Below, in pieces: positions 18,901-25,445 of a stretch of 39,771 bases of DNA (the first letter of the stretch is position 1; each line of letters opens with the position of its first letter). The DNA is taken from contig CAYXFI010000002.1 of the NCBI GenBank assembly GCA_964464205.1, positions 6,115 to 45,885 of the forward strand, written 5' to 3'. A model generated the notes under the pieces. It was given only the letters and a program-made list of their open reading frames with translations, was not told the origin of the DNA and did not search any database. The stretch is from an uncultured Cytophagia bacterium (lineage in GTDB: Bacteria; Zhuqueibacterota; Zhuqueibacteria; Oleimicrobiales; Geothermoviventaceae). Made by a program: the position numbers and the translations under genes.

Positions 18901-20082
18901 GTCCTTGCGCAGGAGACGGACTTCGTAGCGCGACGGGATGAACTCCCCACTCAACCTCCGCACGTAGTGGCCCACCACTTCCGGAGCATCCTCCGGGTGC
19001 AGTGCCACGGTGAAGGGCTGCCCGATAGCCTCCTCCCGACTGTAGCCGAGCATGTCGCAAAGCGCCTGATTGGCCAAAACCACCTGCCCGTTCACCACCA
19101 GGCACACTCCCTCACGGGAGTTCTCGAAGAGTCCGCGGTACTTCGCCTCCGACTCCCGCAGGGATTGCAGCAGTCGTTCGCTCTCTCGGTGTAGCTGAGC
19201 GTTGTTGAGAGCCAGTGCCAAATGATGCGCCATACTCTGGAGCAGTTCGCGGAGGTAGAACACCTGTTCGGGTTTCTCGCGGAAACAGCAAACCAAAAGG
19301 CCGAGATGTTCGTTCTGCCCGAAGCGCAGCGGCTCAATTGCCAGCGAATGGAACGCTTCGCGTAGGTAGCGCCACCGCCGTCGCTCCTTCTCGTGGAGCC
19401 CCTCTCGTTGAGCCAGTTGCTCAATCGGCACCACCTGCCCCACAGGGACGGGCAGCTCCTTCCAACCGACGCTTGCGAGACGACGCAGGTGCTGCGGAAA
19501 CCCTACCTCGCCGAGGAGGCGATACCGTCCGTTCTCAGCGTTCCACCCGTACACGGCAACGGCGGAGGCCCCGAGTGTGCGACGCAAGCTGCGTAGGGCT
19601 GTGTGGATGACCCCCTCTACACTGAGCGAGGCGTTCACTTCGTAGGCGAACTCAGCCTGGTGTTCCAGGATGCGCCGCCTCAGGTCCAGCTCCCTCTGCA
19701 TGCGGGCGAACTGCAAGGCTTTCCGAACCCTGTGCAGTAGCTGGTTGCCTCCCGCCCGCTTGTCGATGTAGTCGTACGCTCCCAGTTCGATGGCCTTCAT
19801 AGCCGTGGGCAGGCTGGCGTAGCCGGTCAGAATCACCACGACGGATTCCGGCCGCTCGCTCTTGATGCGCTCGAGCACTTCCGTTCCTTCGATGTCCGGA
19901 AGCCGGAGGTCACACAGGACAAGGTCGAAGTGTCTTTCTCTGGCACGCCGCACCCCCTCGAGTCCCGTCTCGGCAAGTTCCACCTCGTATCCTTGGCGGC
20001 GCAGCATCGTGCCGAGTAGCTCAAGGTTGGAGGGTTCGTCATCGATGATGAGAATCCGCTCTTTCACCTCGGGTTGCATCAT
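15928..20082 (-). CDS. Hybrid sensor kinase: REC-GAF/PAS array-HisKA-HATPase_c-REC
   Basis: The track ORF 15928..20196 is trimmed to ATG 20082 (MMQPEVKERILIIDDEP...). That start lies 1 nt after the upstream TGA (20084-20086) and is preceded by GGGGTGAA. N-terminal REC: LIIDDEPS, LVLCDLRLPD, VILTGYAS. PAS: YRGLFENSREGVCLVVNGQVVLANQALCDMLGY. GAF: ...FLVVPLVHGDQALGAINLGR... H-box: LISGVAHEINNPLTGIMGY. CA: VINLISNAHQA, VEDNGPGIP, GTGLGLSVCYGIV. C-terminal REC: VLVVDDEEA, LIFCDMKMPGMSG, LKKPF. Confidence 0.9.
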   Translation of the reverse strand: MMQPEVKERILIIDDEPSNLELLGTMLRRQGYEVELAETGLEGVRRARERHFDLVLCDLRLPDIEGTEVLERIKSERPESVVVILTGYASLPTAMKAIELGAYDYIDKRAGGNQLLHRVRKALQFARMQRELDLRRRILEHQAEFAYEVNASLSVEGVIHTALRSLRRTLGASAVAVYGWNAENGRYRLLGEVGFPQHLRRLASVGWKELPVPVGQVVPIEQLAQREGLHEKERRRWRYLREAFHSLAIEPLRFGQNEHLGLLVCCFREKPEQVFYLRELLQSMAHHLALALNNAQLHRESERLLQSLRESEAKYRGLFENSREGVCLVVNGQVVLANQALCDMLGYSREEAIGQPFTVALHPEDAPEVVGHYVRRLSGEFIPSRYEVRLLRKDGTPVDVELEVSVVEYEGKRGIQAFVRDITERKRNLRKLQQRNRQLAALAEVARATGRSLDLEEVLTSGLRSAMRVSSSDMGKIYLLDERKQELRLAACLGELGRWWALSPIPLGEYFSGKAVREQRVVHVTDSRSEEALRADPNLANVEPCSFLVVPLVHGDQALGAINLGRKRVGGYSREEEGIIRAIASTLALGITNSKAHGQVLQELRRLDLLHTHTYRLAHATGSRQVLRCLMSGAAELTKAEAGFIALRDRSRPAEYRIVALLESGELRFLDKEEPWSPSDAILARMGLGSGIYGEGQDGNVEGLPFFGDGVRNYLVLPVQYGSDPEALLVLLNAEEGFDEAQLKAVRTLAHHASAAMQKGELFDALQRSEQRFRQVFDVAPNALLLLSREGRILEINLRTLETLGGSPTSIIGKSLVEFLHSPTDRQVLEELIQQLPESPVAHEMEIVRLDGRIVPVELRLVTFPCMDRQPGFLVLLHDLSRYKEYEAALKRERDFSERIIKNAGALILGGSRDGKLLVCNRRVRELTGYAPEDLDGGRWREIFWPQENRELEPGGEWEKWVTCKDGRRSCFRFTETELLDEHGRSIGTIGFGQDVTQLRSMQAQLVQTEKLAALGQLISGVAHEINNPLTGIMGYTQLLESEIEDPSAKKDLEVIHREALRCKRIVENLLKFARGKKPEKTHVNLNEVVQSVADLNGYSLRVDGVQLELDLDPALPAVFADETQLQQVVINLISNAHQAFPAEQADKRIRVQTRKEGDDVVLRVEDNGPGIPEDVVHRIWDPFFSTKEVGKGTGLGLSVCYGIVNEHGGEIRLVRTSSEGTLFEVRLPRLVEGEAKPNESTAVADVAGEEACSPLSPRRVLVVDDEEAVSKVLARVLSHLGYRAEHVTDAREALDRLKAEGYDLIFCDMKMPGMSGAEFVRRLQSERREMAARTVIMTGDLLSPETESFLRDFNGPVLKKPFLMEDVRELLRQVMHDSAEAAG

Positions 20083-20083
20083 T

Positions 20084-20758
20084 TCACCCCGCTGAATGGA
20101 ATCCGGCTGGTTTCGGATGCTCGGAGACCCCCACATCCGCCTTCTTCGACTTCGTTCCGGCCAACTGGTGCAGTACGCGCAGAAAATGCATCGCATCGAT
20201 CGGTTTGAGGAGAACCGCGTCCGCCCCCGCCTCGCGAATCTCCCGGAGGGTGGACTCCGTGCCGTACCCCGTCACGGCGATCACTTTGATGTGAGCGGTC
20301 TCGGGCTGCGACTTGAGGAATCGACAGACCTCGAAACCGTTCATGCCGGGAAGGTAGATGTCGAGGACCACTACGTCGGGACGGAAGGTGCCCGTCTTCA
20401 CCCCCGCCTCATAGCCGTCCATTGCCGTGGAGACCTCGAAAGGGTGGCCGTAGTGTTCGAGGGTGCGGCGGAGGGCGTTCAGGACCATCTCATCGTCGTC
20501 CACGATGAGTACCCGAACGCGATCCTCGGCATCGGTCGCCTCCCCGAGCGGTGGTTGCAGGGCTTTCTCGAGCTCGATCCTGTGCAGAAAATCCCGCAGT
20601 AGTCTCTCGGCAGCTTTGCTCGGGCGGGTGTGCCCGTTCTCCCACCGATTTACGGTTGCGAAGCTCACTCCGATGGCCCGCGCCAGCTCCTCCTGGCTAA
20701 CGCCAAGCCTTCGCCGGATCTCCCGGATCGCTCGTCCGTCCAATCCAGCCATCCGCAT
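20084..20758 (-). CDS. XRE-family helix-turn-helix domain fused to a C-terminal receiver domain (HTH_XRE-REC response regulator)
   Basis: 224-aa ORF. N-terminal IREIRRRLGVSQEELARAIGVSFATVNRWENGHTRPS is a Cro/C1-type HTH. C-terminal REC motifs: VLIVDDDEMV, VVVLDIYLPGMNG, VIAVTGYG, LLKPID. ATG 20758 abuts GGGGAG; the ATG at 20752 has better 6-nt spacing and may be the true start. Confidence 0.85.
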   Translation of the reverse strand: MRMAGLDGRAIREIRRRLGVSQEELARAIGVSFATVNRWENGHTRPSKAAERLLRDFLHRIELEKALQPPLGEATDAEDRVRVLIVDDDEMVLNALRRTLEHYGHPFEVSTAMDGYEAGVKTGTFRPDVVVLDIYLPGMNGFEVCRFLKSQPETAHIKVIAVTGYGTESTLREIREAGADAVLLKPIDAMHFLRVLHQLAGTKSKKADVGVSEHPKPAGFHSAG

Positions 20759-20791
20759 CTCCCCATCCGAGAGGATTTTTCGAAATGATCG

Positions 20792-20805
20792 GCACCGACC
20801 GGTGC
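20792..20805. promoter_or_regulatory. 14-bp inverted repeat GCACCG-AC-CGGTGC in the predicted leader of the HTH_XRE-REC operon (possible operator or leader hairpin)
   Basis: Read directly: GCACCG (20792-20797), AC, CGGTGC (20800-20805), lying 34-47 nt upstream of ATG 20758. A second perfect 10-bp palindrome, TGTTATAACA, sits at 20820-20829. Function is inferred only. Confidence 0.3.
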
Positions 20806-20833
20806 AACTTTATGCCACTTGTTATAACACGCT

Positions 20834-20849
20834 GGCAACGAGCGTGCCA
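20834..20849 (-). promoter_or_regulatory. Candidate sigma-54 (RpoN) -24/-12 promoter directed into the two-component operon
   Basis: Minus strand reads TGGCACGCTCGTTGCC. Against the consensus TGGCACG-N4-TTGCW this has the exact GG-N10-GC spacing and matches every fixed position except the last W. The -12 GC is ~77 nt upstream of ATG 20758. No enhancer-binding AAA+ activator is encoded in this window. Confidence 0.4.
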
Positions 20850-21617
20850 GGAGCAGGGGAATTTCACGCGGCCCGGCACTGTTGTTCATGCGATTGGCCA
20901 CCCCCGCCCGGGGTTTCGTGCATTGAACCGGGCGCTCGATGTGGCCCCATTTCGTCCAACTGGAGGAAACTCAGCCAGTCGTGGCTGCCTCGCCCCGTCC
21001 GACCCAAGCAATGAATAGGTGATGGCGCAGCGGACTGTCGCCTGGCGCTGGATCTGCCGCTGCGGATCCCCCGCGACGGGCACCGAGGATCATCAAGGCG
21101 TCACCCTTCTCGGCGGCACCCAGGCTTGGCCTGCTGCTGCACCACCCGGTGCGCAACGCACGCTTTTGAGAATTCCTGCCAAAAGCGTACATTTGGCGGT
21201 CGAACGATGCCAGAGAGCTTCCTGTGGGGGCACGGCTCTGCAGGCCCAAGTCGACGTCGGGGAACAGACCCAACTGGAGCGCCGAGTCCTTGGGGACAGC
21301 CCTGCGGGCTCCTCGAGTCGCGATCGATCGCCGCCCCAGGGGAGAGAAGCAGACGCGACTGCGGGATCGGACCGCCCCGAGCGAATGGCGAGGCGGTCCG
21401 GATTTCGCGTGACCCGAAGGGGAAAAGCAATCGAAAAACGGCATCTCCGGCCCCGGTAGTCCCGGAATCAACGCCCTGGAGAACGGGGGGGGACGGTGCA
21501 GCGACAGCCCCCGGGGACTAGACGAACCAACGGCGCACCGCGCGTACGCCGCGACGGATCTGCGCGCCGGTACTGAGAAATTGCCTTGACAAAAGACGGG
21601 AACCTACGTTCGCCAGA

Positions 21618-23372
21618 ATGAACCGATTCTTCAACGACCTTCGTCCGATCTTTCCGTACCTCAGGCGCTACCGCCGGGCCTACCTGGTGGGCTTCGCGGC
21701 CACAGTGGTGGCCACGGCATTCCAACTGCTCGGCCCGTGGATCCTGAAGTACGCGGTCGATGGCCTCATCCGCGGCGCCTCGCCCCGGCATCTGTCGATC
21801 TACGCCCTCTCGCTCGTGGGCATCACGGCGGCGTCTGGGGTCTTCCGCTACATCATGCGCACCCGGATGATCGGCGCTTCCCGCTACGTCGAGTACGATC
21901 TGCGCAACGACTACTTCGCGCACCTGGAGCGGATGAGTCCTTCGTTCTTCCACCGCTGGCGCACGGGCGACCTGATGGCCCGAGCCACCAACGATCTGAA
22001 TGCGGTGCGAGCAACGGTGGGCCCCGGTGTGATGCACATGGGGAGCACCCTGCTGGTGGGAGGCGCGGCCGTCGCCCAGATGATCGCCATCGATCCACCG
22101 CTTGCTGCTGCCGCCCTCACCCCGCTGCCGCTCATCAGTCTGGCCGTGTTCAGGCTGATGAAGCGAATCCGTCGCTACTTCGAGCAGATTCAAGCGCAGT
22201 ACTCGAGGATCAGCGAGAAAGTGCAGGAAAACCTCTCCGGGATCCGCATCGTCAAGAGCTACGTGAGCGAGAAGCGCGAGATCGAACTCTTCGCGCGGGC
22301 CAACGACGAGTACGTGCGGCGCAACCTGCGGCTCGCGAAGGTTCGCGGCTCGTTGATTGGCACCATCGAGATTCTGGCCGGGTTCGGCCTGCTGCTCATC
22401 CTGTGGGTCGGCGGCTACCGGGTCATCCACCAGCACATCAGCCTCGGCGACCTGGTCGCATTCATGTCCTTCCTCGTGATGCTCGCCTGGCCGATGATCG
22501 CCCTCGGCTGGACGATGAATCTCATCCAGCAGGGTCGTGCTTCGCTCCTGCGGATCCAGCGGGTTCTTGCGGAGGAGCCGGAGATTCGCGACACGCCTGC
22601 GACGGACACATCGATCCGCAGAATCCGGGGCGAAGTCCAATTCGAACGCGTCCGCTTCTCCTACGACGGCGAGCCAGTGCTCCTGGATGTCAATCTGTCC
22701 GTACCGGCGGGAGCCACCGTGGGCATCGTTGGGCGGACAGGGTCGGGCAAATCCACCCTGCTGAGTCTCATCCCCCGCCTCTACGATCCGACGGGCGGCC
22801 GCGTCCTCATCGACGGACACGACGTCCGAAGAATCCCCTTGGCCGTGTTGCGCGGCAACGTAGCCGTCGTTCCACAGGATACGTTCCTGTTTTCCGACAC
22901 TGTGAAAGCCAACATCGCCTTCGGGGCGCCGGAAGCCGATGAGGAGAGAATTCGCTGGGCCGCGGAGATGGCCGGGCTGATCGAAGAGATCCAGACATTC
23001 CCCGACGGTTTCGACACCTTCCTCGGTGAGCGAGGCATCAATCTTTCGGGTGGTCAAAAGCAGCGGGTCGCGCTCGCGCGGGCGATCCTCCGGGATCCCG
23101 CCATCCTGATTCTCGACGACGCCCTCTCCGCCGTCGACGCTGCCACGGAGGAGCGGATCCTCAGGAACCTGCGGCAGATCATGAGCGGTCGCACCACGTT
23201 CGTCGTTTCCCACCGGATCTCGGCCGTGAAGGACTTGGATCAGATTCTGGTGCTCGACCGGGGGAGGATTGTGGAACGAGGCAGCCACGAAGAACTGCTG
23301 TCGCTGAAGCGGATGTATTGGGAGCTGTACGAGATGCAGCTCCTGGAACGTTCGCTGGAGATGATCGAATGA
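21618..23372 (+). CDS. ABC exporter half-transporter (TMD-NBD, MsbA/TM287-like), subunit with non-canonical Walker B (D-D)
   Basis: 584-aa ORF. N-terminal six-helix exporter TMD (FPYLRRYRRAYLVGFAATVVATAFQLLGPWILKYAVD). Walker A GRTGSGKST, signature LSGGQKQR, Walker B ILILDDA (Asp where the catalytic Glu is expected), H-loop VVSHR. Confidence 0.92.
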   Translation: MNRFFNDLRPIFPYLRRYRRAYLVGFAATVVATAFQLLGPWILKYAVDGLIRGASPRHLSIYALSLVGITAASGVFRYIMRTRMIGASRYVEYDLRNDYFAHLERMSPSFFHRWRTGDLMARATNDLNAVRATVGPGVMHMGSTLLVGGAAVAQMIAIDPPLAAAALTPLPLISLAVFRLMKRIRRYFEQIQAQYSRISEKVQENLSGIRIVKSYVSEKREIELFARANDEYVRRNLRLAKVRGSLIGTIEILAGFGLLLILWVGGYRVIHQHISLGDLVAFMSFLVMLAWPMIALGWTMNLIQQGRASLLRIQRVLAEEPEIRDTPATDTSIRRIRGEVQFERVRFSYDGEPVLLDVNLSVPAGATVGIVGRTGSGKSTLLSLIPRLYDPTGGRVLIDGHDVRRIPLAVLRGNVAVVPQDTFLFSDTVKANIAFGAPEADEERIRWAAEMAGLIEEIQTFPDGFDTFLGERGINLSGGQKQRVALARAILRDPAILILDDALSAVDAATEERILRNLRQIMSGRTTFVVSHRISAVKDLDQILVLDRGRIVERGSHEELLSLKRMYWELYEMQLLERSLEMIE

Positions 23373-23603
23373 TCGCGCCGAGGTACGCGGTTCTCCCGAA
23401 ACGCACCCGGGGCCGGCGCAAGCCCGTAGGCGCCGGGATCACCCAGGAACGCGCGGGTGGGATTCTCCTACGCGGCCGTGCCCGCCCGCACGTGCCGTTC
23501 GAGATACCCGACGGGACTGTCGCCACGCCGCTCCGCCCGAGCTGGTTCCCGGCCTTTCGCGCAGAACGCCCGATCCCCCAACAGACCTTCGGTGGGTTCT
23601 TGC

Positions 23604-25427
23604 ATGCTGCACGGTGACTTCCGACACGAGGAGGTACTCGGCAAAGCCTACGACGCCCGCCTGATGCGCCGGCTCCTGCGCTACCTCTGGCCCTACCGGT
23701 GGGTGGCCCTCGGTGCGGTGGGCCTGCTCCTGTTCCTGTCCTTGCTCCAGCTCGCGGGTCCGTACCTGGCGAAGGTGGCCATCGACAACTACATTTCGCG
23801 CGGAAACGTCCGCGGCCTCACTCTCATCAGCGCCGTGTTTGCTCTGGTGCTGGTGCTGCAACTCGCCGCCAGGGTGGTGCAGACGTACGTGATCCAGTGG
23901 CTGGGCCAGAGCATCATGCGAGACCTCCGGCTGGAAATCTTCGGCCACCTTCAGCGCCTGCCACTCAGCTTCTTCGACCGCAATCCTGTGGGCCGCCTGA
24001 TGACCCGCGTGACCACCGATGTCGAGAACCTCAACGAGATGCTCTCCTCCGGCGTAGTCGCGATCTTCGGCGACATTTTCATGCTCATCGGCATCGTAGC
24101 TGCGATGCTCTACATCCACTGGAAGCTGGCGCTGGTCACTTTCACCGTACTTCCCTTCCTCACGGTGGCCACTTTCGTCTTCCGCCGCAAGGTCAGGGAA
24201 GCGTACCGCGACATCCGGGTGCGCATTGCCCGCATCAACGCTTACTTGCAGGAGAACATCTCGGGAATGGCGGTGGTTCAGCTTTTTCGCCGGGAGCAAA
24301 AGAACTTCGAGCAGTTCCGCAAGCTCAACTACGACCACCTGGAGGCCTTTCTCCGGACGATCTTCTACCACGCCGTATTCTTCCCGGTGGTGGAACTCCT
24401 GAGCGCTTCGGCGATCGCCTTGATCCTCTGGTACGGTGGCCTGCGCGTGCTCAGCGGCGCGCTCACGATCGGTGTGCTGGTAGCCTTCGTCCAGTACGCA
24501 CAGCGGTTTTTCCGCCCCATCTCCGATCTGGCGGAAAAGTACAACGTGATGCAGTCCGCAATGGCGTCGTCGGAGCGGATTTTCAAGCTGCTGGACGAGC
24601 CGCAGGAGCGGGACTACCTGGGCGAACCGGTGCATCTGAACGACTGCAGGGGCGAGATTGAGTTCCGGGACGTGTGGTTCGCCTACAACGGGGAGGACTG
24701 GGTGTTGCGGGGCGTGTCCTTCCACGTGGCTCCGGGGGAAAGGGTCGCGCTGGTGGGAGCCACGGGGTCGGGGAAAACCAGCATCATCAGCTTGCTCACG
24801 CGCCTGTACGAGCCCCAGCAAGGCCAAATCCTGCTGGACGGCGTGGACATCCGCCGCATTCCGCTCGCCGAGCTCCGCCGTCAGATTGGCCTGGTACCGC
24901 AGGACGTCTTCCTGTTCTCCGGATCGGTGGACGAAAACATCCGGCTGGGCAATCGGGACATCTCGCTGGAGGTCATGCGGCAGGTGGCCAAGGCGCTCCA
25001 CGTGGATGAATTCGTGGAGCGCCTACCGAAGGGCTATTCCGAAGAGGTCAGGGAGCGCGGGAGCCGCTTGAGCGTAGGTCAGCGGCAGCTCCTCGCCTTC
25101 GCCCGGGCGTTGGCCTACAACCCACGGATCGTAGTACTCGACGAAGCTACCTCGAGCGTCGACTCGGAAACCGAACGCACGGTTCAGCAGGCCGTCGAGA
25201 AGCTCCTGGCCGGTCGCACTGCCCTCATCGTCGCGCACCGGCTCTCCACCATCCAGAACGCGGACCGGATCCTGGTGGTCCACAAGGGCCAGATCCGCGA
25301 GAGCGGTACCCACGCGGAACTGCTCGCCAGACGAGGCATCTACTACCGGCTGTACCAGCTCCAGTACGCCAGCCTCCGCGAGGCCGTACGCACCCCCGCT
25401 CCGGCGCCCCCCGCGAAGACTTCCTGA
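23604..25427 (+). CDS. ABC exporter half-transporter (TMD-NBD, TM288-like), subunit with canonical Walker B and deviant signature
   Basis: The track ORF starts at GTG 23457, but its first 49 codons are R/S/P-rich. ATG 23604 gives MLHGDFRHEEVLGKAYDARLMRRLLRYLWPYRW, the usual N-terminus of this family. Walker A GATGSGKTS, signature LSVGQRQ (deviant), Walker B IVVLDEATS, H-loop IVAHR. Confidence 0.88.
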   Translation: MLHGDFRHEEVLGKAYDARLMRRLLRYLWPYRWVALGAVGLLLFLSLLQLAGPYLAKVAIDNYISRGNVRGLTLISAVFALVLVLQLAARVVQTYVIQWLGQSIMRDLRLEIFGHLQRLPLSFFDRNPVGRLMTRVTTDVENLNEMLSSGVVAIFGDIFMLIGIVAAMLYIHWKLALVTFTVLPFLTVATFVFRRKVREAYRDIRVRIARINAYLQENISGMAVVQLFRREQKNFEQFRKLNYDHLEAFLRTIFYHAVFFPVVELLSASAIALILWYGGLRVLSGALTIGVLVAFVQYAQRFFRPISDLAEKYNVMQSAMASSERIFKLLDEPQERDYLGEPVHLNDCRGEIEFRDVWFAYNGEDWVLRGVSFHVAPGERVALVGATGSGKTSIISLLTRLYEPQQGQILLDGVDIRRIPLAELRRQIGLVPQDVFLFSGSVDENIRLGNRDISLEVMRQVAKALHVDEFVERLPKGYSEEVRERGSRLSVGQRQLLAFARALAYNPRIVVLDEATSSVDSETERTVQQAVEKLLAGRTALIVAHRLSTIQNADRILVVHKGQIRESGTHAELLARRGIYYRLYQLQYASLREAVRTPAPAPPAKTS

Positions 25428-25445
25428 ATCCACACGATCTTTACT

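Noticed and set aside
20083-20196. 38-codon N-terminal extension of the hybrid kinase ORF, overlapping the upstream gene
   Set aside because: It would overlap the HTH_XRE-REC gene by 113 nt and adds a Cys/Arg-rich peptide. ATG 20082 lies 1 nt after the upstream stop and immediately precedes the receiver domain.
20834-20849. Plus-strand reading of the same partly palindromic sequence (TGGCAACGAGCGTGCC) as a sigma-54 promoter for the ABC genes
   Set aside because: The match is poorer (TGGCAA and GTGC instead of TGGCAC and TTGC), and it lies ~770 nt from the ABC start. The minus-strand orientation fits both the consensus and the distance better.
21585-21612. TTGACA followed by TACGTTCG just upstream of the first ABC gene, as a sigma-70 or Bacteroidetes-type (-33/-7) promoter for a near-leaderless mRNA
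   Set aside because: The TTGACA-to-TACGTT spacing is only 14 nt, and no good -10 hexamer sits at 17 nt. The -7-type match (TAnnTTTG) is imperfect. This is too weak to report as a feature.
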